DNA of 64,000 nt from Polyangiaceae bacterium (GTDB lineage: Bacteria > Myxococcota_A > Polyangia > Polyangiales > Polyangiaceae), in contig JBILLK010000039.1 in assembly GCA_044376115.1 (NCBI GenBank), forward strand, positions 1 through 64,000, written 5' to 3'. A program made the position numbers and the translations under genes. Numbering within the stretch: the stretch's first letter is position 1; every line of letters begins with the position of its first letter. Under the pieces are notes generated by a model. It did no database searches and was not told the origin of the DNA. It saw only the letters and a program-made list of their open reading frames with translations. Shown in pieces: positions 19,677 through 29,432 of this stretch.

Positions 19677-21500
19677 ATGAGTGCGCGCGCCAAGCGCCTT
19701 TCGCTGTTGCTCATCCCAGCGTCTTTCGCGCTCGCGTGCGGCGCGTCGAGTGGGCCCGGTAGCCAGTCTCCAGATGAAGAAGCAACGCCGGAACTGTGCA
19801 GCAACGTGGGGCCCATGCTGGACCTCCGGAGTGAGCTGCTGACGCCGGTGCCGGCCAGCGGCAACGCCGCGCGGCTCGCGCTCTACGACGCTCGGCTCGC
19901 GGCCTTGCGGACCGCGGAGCAGCGGCTCGGCGATAACGCCGATAGCTCCGAGCTGGTCACGTTGCGCAAGCGAGCCCGCGCACTGGCGAACGAGCTTGCA
20001 CAGGATCAGGACGGTGCTCGAAGCCTGGCTCAGGCCATCTCTGATAGCCACCTCAGGGTCAATGCCGAGCTCGCCAAGGCATCCACCTGCCAAGGCTTCG
20101 ACCTTCGTCTTCAAGCGACGGGCAAGGCCAAGTCCGTCGCAGAGTCACGAAAGTGCGCCGATACGAGGCGCATCGTCGACGCCGTGCGCGGCCTCGATGT
20201 CGACTCGAGGCTCGAAAGCGCCAACATGGGAAGGCACCTGGCCGAGCTTTCGATGAAGGGGCCCGTCGCGGCCGCTCGGGATGAGCTCTCGAGCGCGTTG
20301 ATCGCCCATGCGAAGCACCTCGCTGCGTTCGACGAACACACCAACTCGGGGACGCGAGCCAGCCGGATGCAGACCCAAATTGCAGAGCTTGCCGAGGAGC
20401 TCGACCGCGTTGGCGCTCGCTGCCTTCGCGGCGCCGACGAGGGTTCGAGTGTCGTTGCTGGGACCGAGCCGCCGCGTCGCATCACGGTGTTGGTTCGCCC
20501 GACGTGGGAGGACCAAGAAGGCAAGAGTCAGGACACCGGCTCTTTCGGGAGCGGCGTACTGGTTCGCTGGCGCTTGCCCTCGGGGGAGACCGAGGTGCGC
20601 GTCGTATCCAACGCTCACGTCCTCGGCGGCGCGCAGAATGCGGACATCATCGCCGCCGACGAACTCGACAACAAACCCAAGAACGGCAAAGTCGACAAGA
20701 CCTGGCGGGCCCACGTACTCCGCATTAGCGAGGACGACGATCTGGCCGTGTTGCGCTTGGATGACGACGCATCAGCGCCGGAATCGGGTGTCACCTTGCG
20801 CTTCTCGCCGCCCGATGAACAAGAGACCGTGGTGGCCGCCGGGTTTCCCGGGGTTGGCTCGCGGCCTTCCTTCCAGATCAGCCAAGGGACGATCTCGAAT
20901 CGCAAGTTCGCCATCAACGAAGGCGCGTTTGGCGTCTACCTCCAGCACACCTCCCCAATCGATCCGGGCAATAGCGGTGGGCCGCTGCTCGACTCCGACG
21001 GGCGCTTGCTCGGCCTCAACACCATCAAGATCCGCGGCCGTGACAACGTGGGTCTCGCTATCCCAACGGCGCGCGTCCTGCTCGCGTTAGAGCGCGCCGA
21101 CGACGCACGCACGTTCCTACCGGAACACGCGGCTGCGCTGTGCCAATCGTTGCTGGGCGAGCTCGCGTCGGACGCCCCGACTGGCGCCATTGTCGACCAC
21201 ATGTCGCTCTCCCTCACGGCTCCGGGCAGCCAGATGGTGGATCGCTCTGTGACGGCCGTTCGCGCGGCAGTGCGCACCGAGGGCGCAGGCCCGGATTGGC
21301 AGGCCCGACTTACCGCCTTTGCCCGACTCCGTGCGCGCATCGATGCGGAAGGTGGCGTCCCCAAACTCTCCGTGTGCAGCGAGCCGACCAAGCGCGCAGA
21401 CAAGGGTTCCTTCGAGCTGACCTTCGCGAGCGCAACCGAAACGCACAAGCTTCAGCTCGCCAACGAGGGCGGGGTCCTGCGCTTGGTTTGGGTGGACTAG
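19677..21500 (+). CDS. Trypsin-like (S1/HtrA-type) serine protease lipoprotein
   Basis: ATG 19677 after AAGGGGA, lipobox FALAC; catalytic triad motifs SNAHV, DDLAVL, IDPGNSGGPL. Confidence 0.9.
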   Translation: MSARAKRLSLLLIPASFALACGASSGPGSQSPDEEATPELCSNVGPMLDLRSELLTPVPASGNAARLALYDARLAALRTAEQRLGDNADSSELVTLRKRARALANELAQDQDGARSLAQAISDSHLRVNAELAKASTCQGFDLRLQATGKAKSVAESRKCADTRRIVDAVRGLDVDSRLESANMGRHLAELSMKGPVAAARDELSSALIAHAKHLAAFDEHTNSGTRASRMQTQIAELAEELDRVGARCLRGADEGSSVVAGTEPPRRITVLVRPTWEDQEGKSQDTGSFGSGVLVRWRLPSGETEVRVVSNAHVLGGAQNADIIAADELDNKPKNGKVDKTWRAHVLRISEDDDLAVLRLDDDASAPESGVTLRFSPPDEQETVVAAGFPGVGSRPSFQISQGTISNRKFAINEGAFGVYLQHTSPIDPGNSGGPLLDSDGRLLGLNTIKIRGRDNVGLAIPTARVLLALERADDARTFLPEHAAALCQSLLGELASDAPTGAIVDHMSLSLTAPGSQMVDRSVTAVRAAVRTEGAGPDWQARLTAFARLRARIDAEGGVPKLSVCSEPTKRADKGSFELTFASATETHKLQLANEGGVLRLVWVD

Positions 21501-22237
21501 GTCGACCCCATACTCGGCCAGCTCCCGTCCACGAAGTAGCGCGCGTCGATGCGCTCGAGGTACGGCTTCAGGTTGTCGTGGGAAGCGATGATCGCCCGCA
21601 AGGGCGAGTCGAAGATGGGCGCGTTGCAGGAGGTGAGTACACCGAATGCCGTTGCGTCGAGCGCGGTTGGAGCTGCGCCGAAGAGGTAGGGCTTATCGGC
21701 GAGCTTGGTCGCGATGGCACCGATGTCGCGTGCAGCGAGCTGCATGCGCTCGTCGCGCGTGTGCCGCCCGACGCCGTGATGGTGCATGCCCTTCCTCAGA
21801 TCGGCGAGCACGCCCTCGATCACGCTGTTGCGCGCTTGCTCGGGTACGCGCTGAAAGAAGAGCGCCGGGCCTTGCTTGAAGTTCTCCGGTTCGAGCCAGC
21901 GATCGTGCGCCATGATGAACACAAGCCGGTCTTCCAGCATGCGCTCGAGCCCCCAGGCCGCTGCGCGCTGCTCGGGGCTGAGGCCTTGATCGAGGTCTTT
22001 GCCCAGCGCCTTCTCGAAGTGCCAGCGGATGAAGGTTGAGTCCTCGATCACGGTGCCGTCGACGAGCCTTACGTAGGGCGCCTTGCGTTTGGATACGCTG
22101 TCGAGATCGGCGACGGCTCGTTTGAACGTGAGCCCGAACATCTTGAGTTGGATCTCCGCTTTGAGGACGCAGGGGCTCGGCCCGCGAATGCCAAAGAGGG
22201 GACCCCAACCGTAGAGCGTGACGTCGTTTTCTTTCAT
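21497..22237 (-). CDS. Glutathione S-transferase family protein (metaxin/FAX-like)
   Basis: SPCVLKAEIQL, KAPYV, IEDSTFI, YLFGAAPTALDATAFG. Confidence 0.88.
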   Translation of the reverse strand: MKENDVTLYGWGPLFGIRGPSPCVLKAEIQLKMFGLTFKRAVADLDSVSKRKAPYVRLVDGTVIEDSTFIRWHFEKALGKDLDQGLSPEQRAAAWGLERMLEDRLVFIMAHDRWLEPENFKQGPALFFQRVPEQARNSVIEGVLADLRKGMHHHGVGRHTRDERMQLAARDIGAIATKLADKPYLFGAAPTALDATAFGVLTSCNAPIFDSPLRAIIASHDNLKPYLERIDARYFVDGSWPSMGST

Positions 22238-22308
22238 GGCCTGCACCCTACGGCGTTGCTGCTGACACCATTGTGGCAGTAGCGTGGCAGTAGGCTGGCT
22301 TGCGTGGC

Positions 22309-23001
22309 ATGAGGCGGACCGAACGACTCTTCAAGATCATCCAGGTCCTTCGCCGCAAACGTCGGGCCGTCACCGGTGTCGAGCTCGCGAGCGAGCTGGA
22401 GGTCTCGTTGCGCACGCTCTACCGCGACATGGCAGAGCTGCTCGCGCAGCGCGTCCCGATTCGCGGTGAGGCCGGTACCGGCTACGTGCTCGACAGCGCG
22501 TACGATATGCCGCCGCTGATGCTGACGCCGGATGAACTCGAGGCCGCTGTCCTGGGCGCAGGCTGGGTCGCGCAGCGCGGCGACGCGGCGCTCGCGCGGG
22601 GCGCACAGGATCTGATCGCAAAGCTCACGCACGCCGTGCCGAAGGAGCTGCGCCCGGTGCTGCTCGATGCGGCGCTGCAGCCAGTTTCCTTTCGCCAGCG
22701 CACGCCGGACGGCTTCGACGTCGGGCAGATGCGCTCGGCCATCCGCGATCGAACAAAGATGAAGATCGCCTACGCAGACGGTGAAGGACGCGCAACCGAG
22801 CGCGTGGTTTGGCCGTTCATGATCGCGTACCTGGAAGACGTGCGCGTGGTCGCCGCATGGTGCGAGCTGCGGGAAGCCTTTCGGCACTTTCGAACCGACC
22901 GCATCCGCGAGGCCAAGACGCTAGCTGAGCGCTACCCAGGCCGGCGAGACCAGCTGGTCAAGCGTTGGGAAGCGCAGTTCAAGAAGGCCCAAGCATCGTG
23001 A
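22309..23001 (+). CDS. YafY-family HTH-WYL transcriptional regulator
   Basis: MRRTERLFKIIQVL, LEVSLRTLYRDM, GEAGTGY, WCELREAFRHFRTDRI; divergent from the GST gene. Confidence 0.93.
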   Translation: MRRTERLFKIIQVLRRKRRAVTGVELASELEVSLRTLYRDMAELLAQRVPIRGEAGTGYVLDSAYDMPPLMLTPDELEAAVLGAGWVAQRGDAALARGAQDLIAKLTHAVPKELRPVLLDAALQPVSFRQRTPDGFDVGQMRSAIRDRTKMKIAYADGEGRATERVVWPFMIAYLEDVRVVAAWCELREAFRHFRTDRIREAKTLAERYPGRRDQLVKRWEAQFKKAQAS

Positions 23002-23110
23002 GCGACGCGAGCCCGCCGTGCTTTGTTGGGGTAAGCGTGGTGAGCGACAGCTCGGGACTGGGTATTGGCACGAGGTACGGCGGTGAGCTTGCGCACGAGG
23101 CCGTTGTAAG

Positions 23111-24121
23111 GTGACCGACATGTTCGAAGGTGATTTGAAGCTCGGTGGTGGTCGCATCGAATCGTTGGCGTTCTCGCCTTCGGGGCGCTTTCTCGCGCTT
23201 GGCCATTGTCGCGGCGGCGGCGGGAAGAAGGCGGCGCCGGCGCTTTCGCTCGTGGACCTAGCCAAGTCGAAGCCGAAGCCCAAGCCTTCGTGTTTGGTGA
23301 CCACGGTCGATGCGGAGCTCGTGACGCCGGGCAGCTGGATAGGAATGGTTCGGCACCTGGAGTTTGTGAACGACACGCTGCTGCTCGCTTGCTTCGATGG
23401 GGACGCGCGGACCGTCTCGCTCGAGGGACACAAGGTGCTGCCGGTGGGCCCGAAGGCGTCGTACACCGAGTTCTACGATTTGCACGGCGCGTTGGCCGCG
23501 TTCGACGGCGCGTTCTTCTGGGCGAAGCAGTGCCACGACGGTGAGTTCTTCGCCTTGCGTCAGCGTGAGGGCGAGCGCGACCAAGTCCGCGTGGGGAGCA
23601 ACGAGAGCCCGGAGACCGAAACCCGCGTGCTTCCGATCTCGGTCGACGAGGTGCTCGTGCATTCGCCGGGCGCCCAGCGGATCATGGTGGCGAACTTCAC
23701 CGAGGCGTCGGCGCGACTGTGGAGCGACGTCGCGATCGGGCGGCCCCTGCACATGGCCTTGGGCGGTGGCCGCGTGCTCGTGCAGTTCGTCGACGCGGCG
23801 TCCCAGCTGTGCAGCGTTCTCTTGGAAGCCGATGGCAGCTTGCGGAGTCAGCATGGGGCTGCCAGTGCGATCTCCGCTGACGGTCGCTACCTCGCCGAAG
23901 GGATCCGCAAGCCCGGCACCGAGAGTTATTCCTTCATGAAGCCCGAGCACCGCGGCTGGTTGCGCGTCACCGCGATCGAATCGAAGGAGGTTGTGTTCGA
24001 GGAACGTGTCTCGGAAGACCATGAGGTCGGTGCCGTGGCGTTCTCTCCCCACGATCCGGGGCTTTTCGCGCTGGCCTCCAAGACCAGCTCCGACCTCCGC
24101 GTGCTCCGTTGGTCTTCGTGA
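23111..24121 (+). CDS. WD40-like beta-propeller protein
   Basis: IESLAFSPSGRFLA, AISADGRYLA, VGAVAFSPHDP repeats. Confidence 0.7.
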   Translation: MTDMFEGDLKLGGGRIESLAFSPSGRFLALGHCRGGGGKKAAPALSLVDLAKSKPKPKPSCLVTTVDAELVTPGSWIGMVRHLEFVNDTLLLACFDGDARTVSLEGHKVLPVGPKASYTEFYDLHGALAAFDGAFFWAKQCHDGEFFALRQREGERDQVRVGSNESPETETRVLPISVDEVLVHSPGAQRIMVANFTEASARLWSDVAIGRPLHMALGGGRVLVQFVDAASQLCSVLLEADGSLRSQHGAASAISADGRYLAEGIRKPGTESYSFMKPEHRGWLRVTAIESKEVVFEERVSEDHEVGAVAFSPHDPGLFALASKTSSDLRVLRWSS

Positions 24122-24190
24122 GGCGGCGCGGGCGCATGCCGCTAAACGCAACGCTTGCCCAAACGACCGAAGCTGCGCTCTAACGATGGG

Positions 24191-24673
24191 ATGAGCTACT
24201 CACGTTCTATCGCGCAGGTCGGGCTACTCTTCGCGCTTGGGGGATGCACCGTGCCTCCTGCCGAGATCGAGAAGAACATCAAAGATGAATTCTCGAAGGA
24301 CGACATTGAGCTGGAGAGCGTCAAGTGCCCGGCCGATATCAAGCGGAAGGATGGCGTCACCTTTGAGTGCACCGGGACGAGTGATCTCGGGGACGACTTC
24401 ACGGTGGAGGTCAAGCTGACCGACAACCAGGGCTCGTTCAAATGGGAGTTGGTCGGAAAGATCGTCAAGTTCTCGGTGATCGAGGATCACTTCAAAGAGC
24501 TCGGCGCGCCGGCCGACATCAAGTGCGGCAAAGGGAAGGGGAAGTTCGTCGCGGTCAAGGGCACGAAGGTGAAGTGCAAAGCGGGCGGCGAAGAACTCGT
24601 CGTGAAGTTCACCAGCGACGACGCCAAGTTCGAGGTGGTCGAGGGCAAGCGGCAGCCTCCGCCTCCAACCTGA
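24191..24673 (+). CDS. DUF4333-like lipoprotein
   Basis: Lipobox LGGC; SVKCP...GVTFEC...FTVEVKLTD, repeated twice. Confidence 0.7.
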   Translation: MSYSRSIAQVGLLFALGGCTVPPAEIEKNIKDEFSKDDIELESVKCPADIKRKDGVTFECTGTSDLGDDFTVEVKLTDNQGSFKWELVGKIVKFSVIEDHFKELGAPADIKCGKGKGKFVAVKGTKVKCKAGGEELVVKFTSDDAKFEVVEGKRQPPPPT

Positions 24674-24711
24674 TGGGGGTCCAAAACGGTCGGAGTTCCC
24701 AGGTCCTTCCG

Positions 24712-25458
24712 ATGCTCCTCCAGGTTCAACAGCTATCGAAGCGCTTCGGCGACGTGACCGCGCTTTCGGAGGTCTCCTTCTCGATCGCTGGCCCTGGTTT
24801 CGTCGGCATCCTCGGACCGAACGGCGCTGGCAAGTCCACGCTGCTCGACATCCTGCAGGGCCTCGCGGCACCGTCCTCGGGCAGCGTGCGCCTGTTCGGC
24901 AAGGCGGCCGAGCCGTATCCTCGTTCGCGCGTCGGCGTCGTGCTGCAGAAGGAGGTTCAGCTCGAGCGATGCTCGGCACGCGAGTACGCAGATTTGTTCG
25001 CAGCGATTCACGGCGTCGCGCAGGGAGGAGACAAGATCCTCGCATCGGCTGCGCTCGAGCACCGAGCTGCGGTCCCACTCGCCCAGCTATCCGGCGGTGA
25101 GGCAGCGCGCCTGTTCATTTGGACGGCGCTCGTCAACGAGCCTGATTTGCTGTTCTTGGACGAGCCTACGGCGGCGCTCGATCCTGAGACCAAACGCGAC
25201 GTTGGGGCGATGCTACGCAAGGTGGCGACCTCGCGCTGCGTGGTGATGACGACCCACGATCTGCGAGAGGCTGACGGTCTCTTCGACGAGCTGGTTTTCC
25301 TGGTGGGGGGTCGCGTTCGGGCGTCCGGCACGCGTGACGAACTCATCGCCGCGGTACCCGAAGCGTCACGTACGAACCTCGGAGTGGAAGCTGCGTTTTT
25401 CCATTTCTGCGGCGGGCAGCCGAACAAGCTTGGTCTCGCCCGCGAAGAGCCGGTCTGA
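24712..25458 (+). CDS. ABC transporter ATP-binding protein (multidrug/DrrA-like)
   Basis: GPNGAGKST, LSGGE, LLFLDEPT, TTHDL; alternative start at ATG 24673. Confidence 0.92.
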   Translation: MLLQVQQLSKRFGDVTALSEVSFSIAGPGFVGILGPNGAGKSTLLDILQGLAAPSSGSVRLFGKAAEPYPRSRVGVVLQKEVQLERCSAREYADLFAAIHGVAQGGDKILASAALEHRAAVPLAQLSGGEAARLFIWTALVNEPDLLFLDEPTAALDPETKRDVGAMLRKVATSRCVVMTTHDLREADGLFDELVFLVGGRVRASGTRDELIAAVPEASRTNLGVEAAFFHFCGGQPNKLGLAREEPV

Positions 25459-26480
25459 TGCGGGCCTTCTGGCTCCTCACGCGGCTGCGACTGCTGGACG
25501 TACTGCGCAGTCCGAGTTCGCTCGGCTTCGTGATGGCGTTTCCGGTCCTGCTGCTGTTGGTCGTCGGCTTCGTGTTCGCCGACGGACATCCCTTCGAGCG
25601 GCGGACGGTGATCCTCCTCTCCTGTCCAGAAGAAGACCGCCGCTGGCTGACCGAGACCGTCGCTTCCTTCGAAGAGGTCCGGCTCCAGGAGAGCGACAAC
25701 CGAGCCGCGGCCGAGGGCAAACTTCGAGCGAGGGAGGCGAGCGCGATCGTGGATCTCTCGCGGGGCAGCGCGCGACCGATCATCATGACCGGCCCACGCG
25801 AGCGGCTCTTCGGCAAAGGATTGGCGAGTGAACTTGGTGGCGAGCCGAGCCTGGAGGTGATTGCCGGCCCACGCTTCGGCTACGTCCACTACCTCTTCCC
25901 GGGCATCCTTGCGTTCTCGGTCATGGTCTCAGGGCTCTTCGCAACGGGATATACGCTGGTTCTTTATCGCCAAAACCAGTTCCTGAAGAAGCTCGCGACG
26001 ACGCCGCTCCGCAAGTCGACCTTCGCGTTTTCGTTGGTCACGGCGCGCTCTGTGCTCGTGCTGTCGCAGGTCGCCTTGCTCAGCGCCGTCGGCGCGGTCG
26101 TCTTTGAGGTGCCCTTCACGCTTGCCGGCGCAGGTTGGGTGGCTGCGGTCACCCTCCTCGGTGTGCTCGCCTTCATGGGCATTGGCTTCTGTCTCGCGTG
26201 CGTGATCAAAACGGACGATCTCGTGGTGGACATCGTGAGCGCGGTCAACATCCCGATGGTGTTCCTCTCGGAGATCTTCTTCACACTGGACGCTCTGCCA
26301 AGACCGCTGTCAGCCATCGGCTCGCTATTGCCGAGCACGGCGATGGTGCGCGCCGTGCGCGCAGCCCTGCTGTATCAGGAGGTGTCGTTCGCCGCGTATG
26401 CGAGGGACTTGGCCGTGCTCGCTGTGTGGACCGTGGCTTCATTCGCCGTTGGCTTGAAGCTCTTTCGCTGGCATCGGTAG
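25458..26480 (+). CDS. ABC-2 type exporter permease
   Basis: TGATG coupling to the ATPase; YVHYLFPGIL, LKKLATTPL, PMVFLSEIFF, six TM segments. Confidence 0.92.
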   Translation: MRAFWLLTRLRLLDVLRSPSSLGFVMAFPVLLLLVVGFVFADGHPFERRTVILLSCPEEDRRWLTETVASFEEVRLQESDNRAAAEGKLRAREASAIVDLSRGSARPIIMTGPRERLFGKGLASELGGEPSLEVIAGPRFGYVHYLFPGILAFSVMVSGLFATGYTLVLYRQNQFLKKLATTPLRKSTFAFSLVTARSVLVLSQVALLSAVGAVVFEVPFTLAGAGWVAAVTLLGVLAFMGIGFCLACVIKTDDLVVDIVSAVNIPMVFLSEIFFTLDALPRPLSAIGSLLPSTAMVRAVRAALLYQEVSFAAYARDLAVLAVWTVASFAVGLKLFRWHR

Positions 26481-26514
26481 TACCGCCGCCCGCAGGTGCG
26501 AGCGGTTGAACGCG

Positions 26515-26922
26515 TCAGACCGACTCGCCGCGGAGCTTGCCGTCCACCAGGTTCTTGAACGTACGAACGCTGAACAGCGTCAGGATCTGCATCGGCCGGA
26601 GCCCTGGCTGGATCCGCTCGGCGGCTTCGGGCATGAGCGTGCGCAAGCGAGCCAGCCCTGCCTCGGAGATTTCCCCGTTCGGCGCGAACTCGTCGTCGCT
26701 CATGTCGCCCTTCGCCGCGCGTTCCATCTCACCTCGCGTGATCTGGATGTCGAACTCTTGCTCGAGCCGAAACACGATGTCCAGGAATGCCAGCGAATCA
26801 GCGCCGAGCTCCTCCATCAGGTTCGAGTCGAGCTCGACTCGCTCCAGCTCGAGCGAGAGGGATTCCGCGATGCACTTGCGCACGAGCGTCACACGAACTT
26901 GCTCATCATCGACCGCGGTCAT
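26515..26922 (-). CDS. Acyl carrier protein, long form with insertion
   Basis: LMEELGADSLAFLDIVFRLEQEFDIQI (Ppant Ser in DSL); ~135 aa with extra segment before the C-terminal FSVRTF helix. Confidence 0.92.
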   Translation of the reverse strand: MTAVDDEQVRVTLVRKCIAESLSLELERVELDSNLMEELGADSLAFLDIVFRLEQEFDIQITRGEMERAAKGDMSDDEFAPNGEISEAGLARLRTLMPEAAERIQPGLRPMQILTLFSVRTFKNLVDGKLRGESV

Positions 26923-26940
26923 GGTCTCTAGGTACCGCAA

Positions 26941-28113
26941 TCACCCCAGGTCGTCGATCGAAACAGCGATCGCGCCAACGAGCCCCGGGGCACTGCAGCT
27001 GACGGCCAAGCACGATGTCGCCGACGTCTTCTCGCAAGCAGTGAGCGGCACGAGCGGCCCGTCGCAGGGCCGCCGAAGTCCGGCCACCGGCGGCAGTATC
27101 CCCGCGCGGAGGCACGCCGCGAGCGCAATCGCCTGCACGACGCTGGTGGCGGCTCCGAGACATCCCATCGAAGCCTGCAGCGAGGTCAGGCGCGCGCCGT
27201 CTGGCAGTAGCTTCGAGAGCAGCTCCCGCTCGCGACGGTCTCTCTCCAGGTGGGCCGCGCCGCAGCCATCGAGCAGCTGCGAGCGTGGCACCTTGGCGGC
27301 AACGCGAGCGATCGTCTCGACGCTCGCCTCGCCGGTGCTGCCATCCGCGCCGGTAGCGGCGTACACGTTCGCGAGTGCCCGCTTTGCTGCCCGCTCGGGC
27401 GCCTCGAGGACCACCGCCGCGGCTGCTTCCCCGGGCACCATCCCGTTCGCGAGCGGGCCATAGGCAGCCTGCGTTTCGTGAAGACTGCTCGTCGTCAGGA
27501 CGCCTCGCTCCGCCATTTCGACCAGCGCTTCTGGCTCGATCAGCGAGTCGTAGCCGACGACCAAGGCCGCCTCGATCACGCCCGCCGCTAGAGCGTTTTG
27601 TGCCGCGACGAGCGCCTGCGCACCAGCGTTGCCGCCGGCGAAGGTCGCGCCATCCCCGCGCGCGCCGAGGTCCTGCGCGAGCAGCGCGTGGGCGTTGTTC
27701 GAAAGGTGAGACAACATCCAGAACGGGTGCAACCGCTTGAGGCCTCGTTGCCAAGAGTCGCTGAAGTCCTCCGCTTGCGACGCGAGGGCCGGCATCAGAT
27801 CGGCCCAGTGAACCCTGAGGCCGCCCATCGCGGCGAATACGCCCAGACGATCGCCCGACGCGCAGCCAGCCATGGCAAACGCTTCGTGGGCTGCCTCTAC
27901 CGCAAAGAGGCCCATTCGACGGAGGATCCGCTGATGCGGTGAGGCCGCTGGCTCGGTCCGAATCATGGCAGCGAGCGAGCACGCGTAGGAGGCGCTCGGG
28001 AACCGCTGGTTGACCTCGAAGGCACGTTCACCAGCAGCCCAGCGCTGCACCACCTCATCGGTAGAATGACCGATGGGAGTGCGGAGTGCCCACCCGGTGA
28101 CTTGCACGCTCAT
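26941..28113 (-). CDS. Ketosynthase-fold protein lacking the catalytic triad (CLF-like partner 2)
   Basis: Thiolase-fold motifs (PGEAAAAVVLE). GGNAG replaces the catalytic Cys; DGCG and SMGC replace the two His motifs. Confidence 0.8.
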   Translation of the reverse strand: MSVQVTGWALRTPIGHSTDEVVQRWAAGERAFEVNQRFPSASYACSLAAMIRTEPAASPHQRILRRMGLFAVEAAHEAFAMAGCASGDRLGVFAAMGGLRVHWADLMPALASQAEDFSDSWQRGLKRLHPFWMLSHLSNNAHALLAQDLGARGDGATFAGGNAGAQALVAAQNALAAGVIEAALVVGYDSLIEPEALVEMAERGVLTTSSLHETQAAYGPLANGMVPGEAAAAVVLEAPERAAKRALANVYAATGADGSTGEASVETIARVAAKVPRSQLLDGCGAAHLERDRRERELLSKLLPDGARLTSLQASMGCLGAATSVVQAIALAACLRAGILPPVAGLRRPCDGPLVPLTACEKTSATSCLAVSCSAPGLVGAIAVSIDDLG

Positions 28114-29432
28114 CTGTGAGCCCTCGTGAGCAGCACCGTCGCGTTCTGGCCTCCGAACCCGAACGAATTCGAGAGCAGCGCGTCCACGCTCGCAGCGCGT
28201 GGTAGCTGGCCGATGATGTCGAGATCGCAGTCTTTGGCGATCTCCTGCAAATGGGCGGTCCCCGGGAGAATGCGCGTTTGCAGCGCGAGGACGCATGCCG
28301 CCAGCTCAATCGAGCCGGAGGCGGCCATGCAATGTCCAATCGCGCCCTTGATCGAACTCACGGGTACGCGCTCGGCGTGAGCGCCCAGCGCAGCACGAAT
28401 CGCGAGCACCTCTGCAGGGTCGTTGAGCGGCGTCCCGGTGCCGTGCGCGTTGATGTACCCGATGGCTTCGGGCGGCAGCTTGGCGCGAGCGAGCGCCTTC
28501 ACCATCGCGCGGCTGGCAGACGACCCATCGGGACGCGGCGCCGTGACCTTGAACGCGTCGGCGGAGCTGCCCCAGCCGCTCACGTATGCGAGCGGAGTAG
28601 CTCCTCGCGCCCGCGCGTGCCCCTCTTCTTCGATCACGAACATCGCGGCGCCCTCTCCGATCACGAGGCCATCCCGTCGCCGATCGAAGGGGCGGCAGGC
28701 GTCGGCGGCGCTGCGCGGGGAAGGAGCCCCGAGCCGGGACATACCGCCGAGCCCCAGCGGATTGACCATCGAGTCGGCCCCACCACAAAGGACGATCGCG
28801 GCGCTACCCCGCTCTACCAAGGAGGCCGCGTGGGCAACCGAGAGAGCTCCTGCCGCGCACGCGGAAGTGTGGGCGACGGCCGAGCCTCCGAGTCGCAAGA
28901 ACGATCGAATCCACTCGAGGCCAAGGTCGACGCGCGAGCGGTAGCGGACGAAGGGCGAGCGGGCTGCGACCACGCCCTCCCAGTCGAGCTGCTCGCTCGC
29001 ACGAGTGGATACGAACGGGCCAAAGTCCTGTAGCAGCGCCTGCTCCAAACCGAGCGCCATCACGAGCGCGGTTTCGCCTGCGAGAGCGTCGGCACCCGCT
29101 TGCCGCCAAGCCTCGAGGGCCGCAAGCACACCAAACGCCACCTTGCGGTCTTGCAGTGCGCCGCTCCGCTCGCACGCGTCGGCGATCGATCCGTCGCGAT
29201 CGGAGAGCTGACCGCCGGTGATGCCAAGGGAGTGAGCTGCCCCGATCAGCCACTCTGCGGTCGCGCGTACGCCGGGGACCTCGCCCGCAAACTGCTGCGG
29301 AAAGCTCGATGCATCGAAGGAGCGAATCGGACCGATGGCGCTCTGCCCAGTCGAGAGCCCGGCCCAAAATGGTTTCACGCCAACACCGAAAGGTGAAACG
29401 ACGCCCAAGCCCGTGACGACAGCGCGCCTCAT
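28110..29432 (-). CDS. Beta-ketoacyl-ACP synthase (FabF-like, intact C-H-H)
   Basis: TSACAAG, YINAHGTGTPLND, SIKGAIGH, SNSFGFGGQN. Confidence 0.93.
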   Translation of the reverse strand: MRRAVVTGLGVVSPFGVGVKPFWAGLSTGQSAIGPIRSFDASSFPQQFAGEVPGVRATAEWLIGAAHSLGITGGQLSDRDGSIADACERSGALQDRKVAFGVLAALEAWRQAGADALAGETALVMALGLEQALLQDFGPFVSTRASEQLDWEGVVAARSPFVRYRSRVDLGLEWIRSFLRLGGSAVAHTSACAAGALSVAHAASLVERGSAAIVLCGGADSMVNPLGLGGMSRLGAPSPRSAADACRPFDRRRDGLVIGEGAAMFVIEEEGHARARGATPLAYVSGWGSSADAFKVTAPRPDGSSASRAMVKALARAKLPPEAIGYINAHGTGTPLNDPAEVLAIRAALGAHAERVPVSSIKGAIGHCMAASGSIELAACVLALQTRILPGTAHLQEIAKDCDLDIIGQLPRAASVDALLSNSFGFGGQNATVLLTRAHR

